The notes under the pieces: generated by a model
Told to the model about the DNA's origin: nothing
The model's database searches: none
Seen by the model: only the letters and a program-made list of their open reading frames with translations
Origin: a virus
Taxonomy: Duplodnaviria; Caudoviricetes
Virus record (IMG/VR): IMGVR_UViG_3300037762_000035
Span: 1-26,497 of that record
Strand: one strand, 5' to 3'
DNA length: 26,497 nt
In this document: positions 6,430 to 14,953 of the stretch, piece by piece
Layout of the letters: every line of letters starts with the position of its first letter
Position numbering within the stretch: the stretch's first letter is position 1
Translations under genes and position numbers: made by a program

Positions 6430-6461
6430 GGTGCCACGCGCGGCTACATCGGCCGCGCAGC

Positions 6462-7826
6462 TTACTTCGTCGGGACGCCCATCGCGCCGGCAAGCAGCGC
6501 GTCGAGGTCAGCACCCAGTCCGCCCTGTGCGGTAGCGGGTGGCGTTGCGAAGCTCGGGCCCGCAGGTGCGGCGGGTGCCGCGGCTTGCGGGGCGGGCGGC
6601 GTCGGAGCCGGCGGTGTCGCGCTCTTGCCAGCGGAGCGCGTCTTGCGCGCCGGCTTGGAGTCGGCCTGCGTACCGGGTGTGGTTGTGATCGTAGCGAGGG
6701 CCTTGTAAACCTGCATGCCAGCCGGGGTGCCGAGCCCGCCAGCGCCCTCGACCGCCATCTTCACGTGAGCCGGCTGGCCCTCGAAGGGGTCCACCGGTTT
6801 CGGTGCGGCGGGTGCCGGGGCTGTCGGTGCGTCCCTGCCCGTGAGGGCCTTGTAGACCGACTTGCCGACCTCATTGGTGAGCCCGCCTGCGCCCTCGACT
6901 GCGCCCTTCACGTGCGCCGGCAGGCCGGCGTAGGGGTCGAACACGGCGGGAGCCGGGGTCGGGGCAGGGGTGGGAGCCGGAGCGGGGGCTGCGGGCGCAG
7001 CAGGGGCCGCAGGAGCGGCGGGCGCTGCCGGGGCGGGTGCCGGGGCAGGCGTCGCTGCCGGTGCGGCAGGCGGCGTCACGGGACCCGTAGCGGTGCTCTG
7101 GCGGGGGCTGGTGATCAGGCGCACGTCGTCGCCCTTGGCACGGAGCGCCAGCGCGGCGATCTGCTCGGGCGTGAGGAACCCGCCGAACTTGAACATGAGC
7201 TTCGGGAAGTTGGCCGACGGGTCGAATTGTAGCTTGGTCACCACGGAGTCCACCGGGATGCCCTTGGCGTCGAGCGCGCGGACGAACTCGGCCCACGGCT
7301 TGAGCGAGGCGGGCTTGATGGTCAGGTCCAGCGCCTGCTCGTTGGCGATGTCGTGCACGGGGATGACGGCGATCCGCTTGTTGTCGGAGCACGCCTTCAC
7401 CTGCTTGCCCTGCTTCGTCACCTTCGAGCCCCACACGTTCTTCGGGCACTGGGCACAGTTGCTGTGCTGCGGCGCTGCGATGTGCGGGTCCGGCACGATG
7501 CCATTGTCGGACGAGCAGGTCGGCTCGTCGCTGTTGCCTTCCTCGAATTCACCCGGATAGAACTGCTTCGAGACCGCGGAGTTGAACCCCACGATGGCAA
7601 GCTGGAGTTCCATTGCCGGCAGGTCGGGCCGGTCGGCGTCGGTCAGTAGGACTTTCTCGCCGCCCTCCACCACGGAGAACTTCGAGCCCCCGATGCTGAG
7701 GCGGGGAAAGCTGCCGGCCTTGATGCCGCCGAGCGCGCCCTTGTTCTGCTCGCCGGCCTTCGCAGCCAGTTCGCGGATGTGCGCGGGGATATCGACGGGG
7801 ATTGCGAGTTGGGTATTGCTGGACAT
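6462..7826 (-). CDS. Putative ssDNA-binding/annealing replication protein with Cys-rich N-domain and Pro/Ala-rich repeat-bearing tail
   Basis: PTCSSDNG..CAQCPKNVWGS..KACS motif and position next to HTH and primase, typical of this phage gene order; SD AGGGAGG. Confidence 0.65.
   Translation of the reverse strand: MSSNTQLAIPVDIPAHIRELAAKAGEQNKGALGGIKAGSFPRLSIGGSKFSVVEGGEKVLLTDADRPDLPAMELQLAIVGFNSAVSKQFYPGEFEEGNSDEPTCSSDNGIVPDPHIAAPQHSNCAQCPKNVWGSKVTKQGKQVKACSDNKRIAVIPVHDIANEQALDLTIKPASLKPWAEFVRALDAKGIPVDSVVTKLQFDPSANFPKLMFKFGGFLTPEQIAALALRAKGDDVRLITSPRQSTATGPVTPPAAPAATPAPAPAPAAPAAPAAPAAPAAPAPAPTPAPTPAPAVFDPYAGLPAHVKGAVEGAGGLTNEVGKSVYKALTGRDAPTAPAPAAPKPVDPFEGQPAHVKMAVEGAGGLGTPAGMQVYKALATITTTPGTQADSKPARKTRSAGKSATPPAPTPPAPQAAAPAAPAGPSFATPPATAQGGLGADLDALLAGAMGVPTK
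6690..6938 (-). repeat. Two 34-aa intragenic repeats (6938-6837 and 6791-6690)
   Basis: DPYAGLPAHVKGAVEGAGGLTNEVGKSVYKALTG vs DPFEGQPAHVKMAVEGAGGLGTPAGMQVYKALAT. Confidence 0.9.
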
Positions 7827-7836
7827 GGTTCCCTCC

Positions 7837-8022
7837 CTAGTTGACGTTGAAACGAACAGTGCGCGTCTCGGTGATTACCCGGCGCTCCCTGACCTCGACT
7901 GCCTTCACGCGGCCGTTAAGCAGCGAGTCAGCGATGGTGGGGTCGCTGTACTGCGAAAGATGGATCGTGACAGCGTGCCCCGATTCAAGCTCAAACTGGA
8001 TTTCGATCCGGCGGTCCATCAC
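7837..8022 (-). CDS. Hypothetical protein (61 aa)
   Basis: GTGA overlap with upstream stop, SD AGGAGG, fills gap. Confidence 0.6.
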   Translation of the reverse strand: MMDRRIEIQFELESGHAVTIHLSQYSDPTIADSLLNGRVKAVEVRERRVITETRTVRFNVN

Positions 8023-8417
8023 TTCCTCCTGATCTGGATTTCTTTCATCGCCACCCAGTTGATTCCGGGCGGCGGCGTGCCGGCCTTCTCGATGTGCTCC
8101 CCCACGGCGGTCTTGTTCGCCGAGAGCGTCAGCAGGTGCCGGCGCTCGGTGGGGTTCTCCATGAGGTAGTTCCAGTACGCATCCTTGTCGGCGATGTTGC
8201 AGCCGGTCTTGGTCGCGATGAAGGCGGTGCCGTACTGGGTGCCGAACTTGGTCTGCCCGGTCTTGATCGCCACGTCCATCAGGTACGTCTCGATGGTCTT
8301 CATGGCGGCTTGCATCGGCGCGAGGCGATCCTTTAGTGCCTCGGTCTCGCGCGACACGGCGTCGCGCAGGTCAATGTACTTGCCGATGACGGCTTCGATG
8401 TTGGGGGTGTCGCTCAC
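8019..8417 (-). CDS. Phage replication-module hypothetical protein (132 aa)
   Basis: Coiled N-terminus KYIDLRD..., T.YGT and PPPGIN motifs; GTG start in GTGA overlap. Confidence 0.8.
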   Translation of the reverse strand: MSDTPNIEAVIGKYIDLRDAVSRETEALKDRLAPMQAAMKTIETYLMDVAIKTGQTKFGTQYGTAFIATKTGCNIADKDAYWNYLMENPTERRHLLTLSANKTAVGEHIEKAGTPPPGINWVAMKEIQIRRK

Positions 8418-8587
8418 GACTGCTTCCCGACCAGACCCGATAGGGCCATCAGGACGACGGACCCGAACCACCCGAACGCGATGATGGTCCAGCTTTTGGG
8501 TTCCACACCCCAGCCGTGAATCATCATCAGCGCGCTGACACCGAAGGATAGAAGGAACAGGAACAATGTCGCGAGAAAACTGGTCAT
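8414..8587 (-). CDS. Small two-TM membrane protein (57 aa, ...MIHGWGVEPKSWTIIAFGWFG...)
   Basis: First ORF after promoter 8618-8646; two hydrophobic segments; ends in GTGA overlap. Confidence 0.7.
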   Translation of the reverse strand: MTSFLATLFLFLLSFGVSALMMIHGWGVEPKSWTIIAFGWFGSVVLMALSGLVGKQS

Positions 8588-8617
8588 CGGGCCCCCGTGT
8601 ACGTTAATGATCTGCGC

Positions 8618-8646
8618 ATCTTACCGTGCGATTGTAGTCTTGTCAA
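8618..8646 (-). promoter_or_regulatory. sigma70-type promoter
   Basis: TTGACA (8646-8641) -17 bp- TAAGAT (8623-8618), same hexamers as the tRNA promoter. Confidence 0.82.
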
Positions 8647-8806
8647 GTTCTTTACCGACATCTTGCAGCCGCTGAAACACCATCACGGACAGGTGTGACG
8701 AGTCGTGCCGGTCGGGGTGGCATAGCTGAAGAAGCTGCCGCAGGAACTGCCTGTCGATCTCGGTCGGCTTGGCCGGGGCCGGAGCCCCCACTGTACGGCG
8801 TCTCAT
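8621..8806 (-). CDS. Minimal J-domain-like protein (61 aa)
   Basis: LRQLLQLCHPDRH...FQRL = helix II-HPD-helix III pattern; ATGA overlap with helicase stop. Confidence 0.65.
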   Translation of the reverse strand: MRRRTVGAPAPAKPTEIDRQFLRQLLQLCHPDRHDSSHLSVMVFQRLQDVGKELDKTTIAR

Positions 8807-10440
8807 AGCGCAATCCCCTTTCGCACCATGTCAAGAAGTATATCCTGAATTCTACCACGTTCACCCAGCCGGTCATAGAGTTTTCCCTCTCCCATGCTGG
8901 ACAGGTGGATGATGTGCTGGTTGTTCTTCTGGCCCGGCCGGGTGATCCGCCCGTTGGCCTGCGTGTAGGTGTCGTTGGATGTCTCCGGACCGTACCAGAC
9001 GATGGTGGCTGCCTCGGTGAGCGTGAGCCCGTGGGACATGGTGCCGGCGTCGGCGATCAGCACGCGCGGCTCCCGCAGGGTCTGGAAGTCGGCGAAGATC
9101 GTATCGCGCTTGCCCTTGCTCACGTCCCCGTGGACCACAGCACATTTAAACTCCTTCGATAGCTCGCGCTCCAGTAGGTTGAGCGGCGCTCGGAAGGGGA
9201 CGAAGATGATGACCTTGTGCTCGGTCTGCTCGATGATCTCGCGCACCGCGTCGATGCGCGGCTTCGCACCGATCTCACGGTGCACGCCCTCGTTGTCGTA
9301 CACCACGCCGCACGCGACTTGGATCAGCTTGCCCAGCTTCACGCCCTCGTTGACGGCGGTGATCTTACCCTCGCCGATCTCGGTGTAAAGCTGCTTGGCA
9401 AGCTCCTTGTAGTGGCGCTTCTGCTCGGCTGTAAGTTCCACCTCGCGGGTCGAGTAGGTGCACGGGGGCAGGTCGAAGCACTCGTCCCTCGTGAACCGGA
9501 TCGCCGGCTGCATGCACTCGTACACCGTGATCGGCGCTTCCTTCTTCGCGATCCAGATATAGTCCGTCATCTGCTGCATGACCATGTGTCGGAACTCGGT
9601 GAAGTAACGCGGCACCCGAGCCGGCGTGATCAGCTTCATCTCGGAGTAGGCATCGCTCGGCGCGTTGGGGATCGGCGTGCCCGTCATGCCCCACACCCAC
9701 ATCTTCGGGTCGAGCGTGAGGTCGAGCACCTTCCAGCGGTTCGTGGTCCCGTTGCGGTAGGCCCCAAGCTCGTCGATGATCACGAGGTCGATGTCATCGC
9801 GCAGGAGCTTCACCGTGTCGAGCACCTGCTGGTAGACCGGCTGACCTGTGGCCTTGTCGTTGCCCGCCTTCTTCTGCTTCCACTTAACCTCGGCGATGAT
9901 GTCGAGCGCGTCGTGGTTGATCACGTAGAAGTCGAACGCGTTGTTGGCGAATAGCTTGCGTCGCTTAGCGGCGGGACCGTAGAGTACGGCGAGGCTGCGC
10001 TCGCGCAGGTGGATGAACACCCCGTCCGCCCACACCCGCTCCAGCGTCGAGAGCGGCGAGAGGATCAGCGCCTTGCGGATCAGGCGCTCGCGCATCAGCC
10101 AGTCCGCGGCCCATAGCGCGGCGAGGGTCTTGCCGGTCCCGATCTCATTTAAACAGTACGCACGGTGGTTAAGCGTGAGGAACCCCGCGGTCTCAATCTG
10201 GTTGTGGAACGGCTGGGGCACCTGCGTGATCTCGCGCGGCCAGTCGTAGTACGTGCCGATGGGCGAGGGCACGAGGTAACCCATGGTGCGCAGGACCTGC
10301 GTCTCCCACGTGTTGTACGGCACCGCCCATAGGCGCTTGCCCTTGTAGTCGAGCGGACGGGCGGATGGAATGCGAACCGGGAGACTCTCGTCCCCCGGCA
10401 CAATGACCGCGCGCTGCTGTGGGTGGATCAGATAGTTCAG
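8803..10440 (-). CDS. SNF2-family (SF2) DNA helicase
   Basis: EIGTGKT, IIDE, MTGTP, HGLTLT, QANGRITRPGQ; frame open to CTG at 10440 (alternative GTG at 10401). Confidence 0.9.
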   Translation of the reverse strand: MNYLIHPQQRAVIVPGDESLPVRIPSARPLDYKGKRLWAVPYNTWETQVLRTMGYLVPSPIGTYYDWPREITQVPQPFHNQIETAGFLTLNHRAYCLNEIGTGKTLAALWAADWLMRERLIRKALILSPLSTLERVWADGVFIHLRERSLAVLYGPAAKRRKLFANNAFDFYVINHDALDIIAEVKWKQKKAGNDKATGQPVYQQVLDTVKLLRDDIDLVIIDELGAYRNGTTNRWKVLDLTLDPKMWVWGMTGTPIPNAPSDAYSEMKLITPARVPRYFTEFRHMVMQQMTDYIWIAKKEAPITVYECMQPAIRFTRDECFDLPPCTYSTREVELTAEQKRHYKELAKQLYTEIGEGKITAVNEGVKLGKLIQVACGVVYDNEGVHREIGAKPRIDAVREIIEQTEHKVIIFVPFRAPLNLLERELSKEFKCAVVHGDVSKGKRDTIFADFQTLREPRVLIADAGTMSHGLTLTEAATIVWYGPETSNDTYTQANGRITRPGQKNNQHIIHLSSMGEGKLYDRLGERGRIQDILLDMVRKGIAL

Positions 10441-10571
10441 CGGCTTCTCCAGTCATAGTACGCCGCCTCGGGTGTCCAGCCCGCGCCAACTTTCCAATGT
10501 CCACGATACACACCGGGGACGTAGCAAATCCATTTGCCCCATACCGGGGACCAGCGGATACGCGGCTTCAC
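10437..10571 (-). CDS. Hypothetical protein (44 aa, MKPRIRWSPVWGKWIC...)
   Basis: GTGA overlap upstream, CTGA overlap downstream. Confidence 0.6.
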   Translation of the reverse strand: MKPRIRWSPVWGKWICYVPGVYRGHWKVGAGWTPEAAYYDWRSR

Positions 10572-10738
10572 AGTCCCACCAGTCCAGCGATTCCGCCGAG
10601 GCAGAACACCACGCTCGCGACGGTAAAGCACCAGTGTGTCACCGTGGACTCACCGCGGACCTTCGCGCCCACTAGTCCGTAGACCGAGGCGAACGTCAGG
10701 ATCACGCTGCCCGTCAGGTACAGGGTGAAGGGGATCAT
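10568..10738 (-). CDS. Small two-TM membrane protein (56 aa)
   Basis: SD GAGGA, ATGA overlap, two hydrophobic segments. Confidence 0.65.
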   Translation of the reverse strand: MIPFTLYLTGSVILTFASVYGLVGAKVRGESTVTHWCFTVASVVFCLGGIAGLVGL

Positions 10739-10929
10739 CGCTTCCTCGGCAGGAACGCCATCTTGTCCATAGACGAGAACCACTCGCGTACCTCCGCATC
10801 GTTAGTCAGCGTGTCGAGGGCGTGCTTGTCGAACTCGTGGCCCTTGCGGGACAGCATCTCCTCGTAGTGAACCCCCATGCTGCCGAGCTTAATCAGCAGC
10901 GTGGGGCTGGGCTTCAGTGGGTCGGTCAT
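10735..10929 (-). CDS. Hypothetical protein (64 aa, MTDPLKPSPTLLIKLGS...)
   Basis: SD GGAGGAG, ATGA overlaps at both ends. Confidence 0.75.
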   Translation of the reverse strand: MTDPLKPSPTLLIKLGSMGVHYEEMLSRKGHEFDKHALDTLTNDAEVREWFSSMDKMAFLPRKR

Positions 10930-11174
10930 AGCTCCTCCGGTCGTCCGTTGCGTTGCATCGCGCGGTCCATCCGCTCCTTGAACTCCTGACACCCGACGCA
11001 GCGGATACGGCCCCAGCCGAGACGCTTGGCGGGAATCTCCTCCTCGCAGTCCACGCAGTGCCAGCCATCGAAGTCGGGGTGCGACTCTGGCCGCATCTTC
11101 GCCTGCTGGTTCTTTAACGACACCTCCTGATGGAGTTCGTTGTAGGCTTGTGCGTCGTCGATGATGTCAGCCAT
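10926..11174 (-). CDS. TraR/DksA-like C4 zinc-finger protein
   Basis: N-terminal DxxDxA (DIIDDA); CVDC-x17-CVGC; IPAKRL motif. Confidence 0.88.
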   Translation of the reverse strand: MADIIDDAQAYNELHQEVSLKNQQAKMRPESHPDFDGWHCVDCEEEIPAKRLGWGRIRCVGCQEFKERMDRAMQRNGRPEEL

Positions 11175-11583
11175 GTTCCCCGATCCTCCTCGTGAAAGCC
11201 GCATGCGCCTGATGGGACCCTCGTTGCAGCCAGCCTAGAACACTGCTAAGCAGACTCAGGTCCTCCTCCCCATCCGCGAGCGCACCGATCCCGTGCGCCT
11301 CGTTGATCTCCACCGCTTGGTTCTTCTGTGCGGGAGTCATCCCCCCGCGCTGCTCCCCCCGCCGGCCGGGCTTCTTCGCTTCGACCGCCACGAACACACC
11401 CACCGTCATGCCCACCATCTCGGGCGTGATCTTCACCGGCACGCAGCCGATCCGATCAGGGATGCCGTGCTCGCCCATGCCGGTCTGGATGGGCGCGTAA
11501 CTCCATGCACCACGCGCATCATACCACTTCTTCACGAGCTTCTTCACATCGTTTTCGCTCTGCTCGAACTTGAGGCGGGTCAT
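11167..11583 (-). CDS. VRR-NUC family nuclease (probable Holliday junction resolvase)
   Basis: SENDVK..GIPDRIGC..VAVEAKKPG..TPAQ. Confidence 0.88.
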   Translation of the reverse strand: MTRLKFEQSENDVKKLVKKWYDARGAWSYAPIQTGMGEHGIPDRIGCVPVKITPEMVGMTVGVFVAVEAKKPGRRGEQRGGMTPAQKNQAVEINEAHGIGALADGEEDLSLLSSVLGWLQRGSHQAHAAFTRRIGEHG

Positions 11584-11921
11584 TTCTTTTTCCTCACGGC
11601 TGGGTGGTACTTGCCGCCCGTGTAAACGTCCGGGCCATTGGGGGTCTGTACGAGGTACGCCCGATTCCCATTCGCCTTGATCACGCGCAGCGCGCGCACT
11701 GGACGGAAGCCCCGCTGCTCCAAGTCGCTGAGCAGCGTCTCGCTGTAGCGGTTGTAGAAGGTCCCCGTGATAGTGGTTTCGGTCTTCGAGATCACCTCCA
11801 TGTACTCGTGGCCTGAGACGAGGAGCACGACCGGCTCCCCGTTCTCCTTACGTGCAAGCTCGGCCGCTAGCTCCGCGTTCGAGACGGCGATGTCCTCCAT
11901 GTCGGCGGCGCTAAGTTCCAC
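11580..11921 (-). CDS. Hypothetical protein (113 aa)
   Basis: Contiguous with both neighbours on the coding strand. Confidence 0.65.
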   Translation of the reverse strand: MELSAADMEDIAVSNAELAAELARKENGEPVVLLVSGHEYMEVISKTETTITGTFYNRYSETLLSDLEQRGFRPVRALRVIKANGNRAYLVQTPNGPDVYTGGKYHPAVRKKK

Positions 11922-12612
11922 GATACTTCTCCGATGCCGAGGTGCACCGCCCTTGCTTGTTCACTCCGCACCACCCGCAGTGCCGGCCGGGACGCTCGGG
12001 CCAGTAGTCCCGGTTGCTGTACTCCTGCATGCGCGTCGGCTCCTGAAGAAGCTCCTGCCACATGCGCGGCAGGTCGGCTCGGTGATACGTCTCGGGGTCC
12101 AGCGTCTTCGTCTTCAGCCAGATGTAAGCCGTGACGATCTGCTCCAGCGAGGGGAAGAAGATGAACCCGATGGCGGCATTCAGCTTCAACTGGTACTGGT
12201 CGAAGTTCGGCTTGCCGGTCTTCCAGTCGCCCATGAACCCGCGCTGGTCGTTAATCTTCATCACGTCCACGATGATGCGACACCACGCGTCATCCGAGAA
12301 CCAGCCGGTAGGCTTGAAGTGCGCATTGATCGTCATCTTCTGCTCGGCCATCGTCCGGCCCGGCGCGCGCTCGATGGGGACCACCACGTCTTCGAGGTGG
12401 ATGTACTCGGTCGGGAGGGCGGCTTCGAGCTTGATGCGCTTGTCGAGCATCTTGTGTACCTTGTCGCCCTCCAACTGCTGCACGCTCTGGACGAACGGCA
12501 CGGTGCGCAGGTTCGCCTCCTCGTGGAACATGCGTGCGCACTTCTTGAACGTGTTAACCCGTGACGGGCTCCACGTGATCACCTGTCCTGCGGCGTAGGG
12601 TTTCCTAGCCAC
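11911..12612 (-). CDS. PD-(D/E)XK exonuclease, RecB/Cas4-like
   Basis: WSPSR..C, VD..DWKTGK, QL.L, C-terminal CGWC..C. Confidence 0.88.
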   Translation of the reverse strand: MARKPYAAGQVITWSPSRVNTFKKCARMFHEEANLRTVPFVQSVQQLEGDKVHKMLDKRIKLEAALPTEYIHLEDVVVPIERAPGRTMAEQKMTINAHFKPTGWFSDDAWCRIIVDVMKINDQRGFMGDWKTGKPNFDQYQLKLNAAIGFIFFPSLEQIVTAYIWLKTKTLDPETYHRADLPRMWQELLQEPTRMQEYSNRDYWPERPGRHCGWCGVNKQGRCTSASEKYRGT

Positions 12613-12784
12613 GCTGCCTCCGGCGCAGGTCGTAGAACGCTAGCTGTACGCCCTCGTCGAACCATTCGAACACGAGGCACTCGGCCTCGTAGTTGGCATG
12701 CGGCACGTCGGTGACGCCACCTTCGTTGTCCACGGGTAGCGTGCGCAGACCGAGGAAGGGCAGGATACCGCCGAAGATTCTCAT
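12605..12784 (-). CDS. Hypothetical protein (59 aa, MRIFGGILPFLGLRTLP...)
   Basis: SD GAGGA, ATGA overlap, fills gap; below ORF-track cutoff. Confidence 0.65.
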   Translation of the reverse strand: MRIFGGILPFLGLRTLPVDNEGGVTDVPHANYEAECLVFEWFDEGVQLAFYDLRRRQRG

Positions 12785-12990
12785 GCGATCCTCGGGGCCG
12801 GGGCCTGTTCCACCGGGGGCTGCTTGGGCTTGAGCAGGAACTGCTTTAGCTCCTCGACTGTGGTGCTGTCGATCTCGTCCAACCGCGCTTCGTCAGTTGC
12901 CCACACCCGGCGGTACGGGTTGCGGATGTACCTCGTCACGCGCGCCGGCAGCGGGCCACCGTCGATACAGAGGAGGGCTTGGTAGATCAC
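12781..12990 (-). CDS. Hypothetical protein (69 aa)
   Basis: GTGA/ATGA overlaps with neighbours. Confidence 0.6.
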   Translation of the reverse strand: MIYQALLCIDGGPLPARVTRYIRNPYRRVWATDEARLDEIDSTTVEELKQFLLKPKQPPVEQAPAPRIA

Positions 12991-14204
12991 TTGACCGCCA
13001 CCCACGGTGCCCGGCCCGGCCCGTCCTTGGACTTACTGCGCTCCACTTGCACCGGCATGCCGAACGTGATGCCGTACTTAGGGTGGTTGATCCACAGCGC
13101 CTGACGCGGAAGCTCGAAGCCGAAGTTGTTCGTGTACGCGTACTCGTCGTAGCCCTTGAGCGAGCCGTTGACGATCACGCGGGAGTGGTGGATGTACTGG
13201 TGCCAGTGACCGAGGATCATCGTGTCGTACTCCATGTCGATCTGCGCGTTGCGGCTGCGCTTCTTGTGGTCGCCCCGGATGATAGGCCCGAGGCAACCGA
13301 TCAGGCCGTCGCCGCCGCGGAACTGGTCGCCGTGCGTCAGCAGGAACCGGTGGTCATACACCTTGTAGTAGGCGTCGGGTCCGTCGGGGATCAGGAACGT
13401 CACACGCTTATCATTCTCGAAACGCAGCGCGAGCAGGTTGTAGATCAGCCAATCGAACGAGGTCGCGTGGCGATCCTTCGCCCATATCTTGTGCGTGTTG
13501 CGCCCGTGGTTGCCGGAGACGCACGGCAGGAAGACGCGAGGGAACACCTTCAATAACTCCTCGATCATCCACGTTAACTTGCTCAGGATGTCGAGGATCG
13601 TCGGCATGGTGTTGAACTGGTTCGTCGCCACAAGTTCGTCGTGGATGTTGCCCGAGATCATGTCGCCACCCAGCGGCACGACGATGCCGGGGTAGTCCAT
13701 CTTCGGTGAGATGATCTTGAGCAGGTAGATAGCGGTATCGACCAGCGCCTTTAAACGCTTGTGAGCGATCTCGCGGTTGAAGCTGTTCACGCCGCCGATC
13801 TGCTCGGCCTTGACCACCTCGTCCCAGTGCCAGTCGGAACAGAACAAGGTCGGCGTGCCGGGTGAGGAGTGCTGGGTCGGTAGAGCCGCCACCCAGTCGG
13901 GCACGGTGAGCGGTGCGCGGGCGAGGCCGATAATCTGGTCACGTACTTTGGCCTCCGTGATCAGCGCGTCGTTCATCAGACCCTCGGCGGTCTTCAGGCC
14001 CGCCTTCAGCCGGCTAATCTCGGCGCGAAGGAGCTTCGGGTCATCGCTGCTCGGGACGGTGGGCTTGAGCCCCATGGTCTTGCCGGCATCGCGCCGATCC
14101 TTGAGGGTGGTGATCGGGATGCCCAGCGCGCGGGCAGCCGCCGCCGCGCTCCCGTGCTGAGCCAAGGCGTTGAGTGTTTCGAGTGCAAGTTCCTTCTTTA
14201 CCAT
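12987..14204 (-). CDS. Calcineurin-like metallophosphoesterase with N-terminal HTH and coiled coil
   Basis: SDWH, GGDMISG, GNHG, THGD, GHWH; N-terminal SAAAAARALGIPITTLKDR. Confidence 0.88.
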   Translation of the reverse strand: MVKKELALETLNALAQHGSAAAAARALGIPITTLKDRRDAGKTMGLKPTVPSSDDPKLLRAEISRLKAGLKTAEGLMNDALITEAKVRDQIIGLARAPLTVPDWVAALPTQHSSPGTPTLFCSDWHWDEVVKAEQIGGVNSFNREIAHKRLKALVDTAIYLLKIISPKMDYPGIVVPLGGDMISGNIHDELVATNQFNTMPTILDILSKLTWMIEELLKVFPRVFLPCVSGNHGRNTHKIWAKDRHATSFDWLIYNLLALRFENDKRVTFLIPDGPDAYYKVYDHRFLLTHGDQFRGGDGLIGCLGPIIRGDHKKRSRNAQIDMEYDTMILGHWHQYIHHSRVIVNGSLKGYDEYAYTNNFGFELPRQALWINHPKYGITFGMPVQVERSKSKDGPGRAPWVAVK

Positions 14205-14213
14205 GGGGTCTCC

Positions 14214-14708
14214 TTAGATGGGGAAGGGCCGGTGCTTCAACGCGATGTACAGCGGGTGCCCGGGCGAACCGTCCTTGTTAATTCGAAGGGCGTGCGGTGC
14301 TGCGCCCGTGTTTCTCAGGTTCTTCAGTACGATTCTACCACGGTCGAGGTGCGCGCCGTGCCTGCCCCATGCGCATATCACCATATCGGCGAGATTACTG
14401 GCGGCTCGTATATGGTCGTCATTTAAATCGGGGACCGCCGGGTCGCTCACCGGGTCCGCGAAGAAGTCGTACAACTCCATAGGGTCGGTCGCGCGCAGCG
14501 CAAATAGGTTGACCACATCTAGTCCGCCCATCCCCATCTGCATCGCGCGCGCTCGGCAGCGTATGATCGTGGCGTCGTCCACCGTCTCGTCGGCCGTGCT
14601 CGGGTTGAGCATGATGAAGCATAGCCTCGGTGCAGCCTGCACCCACGTACGCTGAAGGTGGTAGCGGTACTTGCGGCACGGCGACAGGATGGCGGAAGCG
14701 GGGATCAC
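14214..14708 (-). CDS. DUF1643 family protein
   Basis: YRYHL.R.W, MLNPSTAD, VVNLFA.RATDP, CAWG, PGHPLY. Confidence 0.9.
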   Translation of the reverse strand: MIPASAILSPCRKYRYHLQRTWVQAAPRLCFIMLNPSTADETVDDATIIRCRARAMQMGMGGLDVVNLFALRATDPMELYDFFADPVSDPAVPDLNDDHIRAASNLADMVICAWGRHGAHLDRGRIVLKNLRNTGAAPHALRINKDGSPGHPLYIALKHRPFPI

Positions 14709-14953
14709 TCCGTGATGCCTTCGTAGTAAAAGATGTAGGCGATCTCGTCGGAGACGTACAAGCTCACATCCCCCTTATACTGGTAGAGGTGTTTCACTGG
14801 TGCGGGGGTCGTGAGTGCTTTGAACCGATCTTCGCCAAGAGGTAGCGGTCGTTCCTCTAACGCGACCCACGTCCGGCTGATGTTCGGCGAGAAGACCCGG
14901 CGCTTGGTCAGGTCCAGCGGGCCCCCGATAAAGTAGATAGCGTAGGACCTCAT
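14705..14953 (-). CDS. Hypothetical protein (82 aa)
   Basis: FIGGPLD motif; overlaps at both ends; SD AAGGAG. Confidence 0.7.
   Translation of the reverse strand: MRSYAIYFIGGPLDLTKRRVFSPNISRTWVALEERPLPLGEDRFKALTTPAPVKHLYQYKGDVSLYVSDEIAYIFYYEGITE

Noticed and set aside
6960-7075. GC-rich short tandem repeats resembling an array
   Set aside because: They encode the Pro/Ala linker (APAAPAAP) of the SSB-like protein; no repeat-spacer structure, and no CRISPR array was seen in the window
8500-8515. Suspected frameshift in the small membrane gene 8414-8587
   Set aside because: Recounting shows four C residues at 8508-8511, so the frame is intact
8829-8834. TTGACA on the minus strand at the end of the helicase gene (another near 25008-25013)
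   Set aside because: No acceptable -10 hexamer at 16-18 bp spacing
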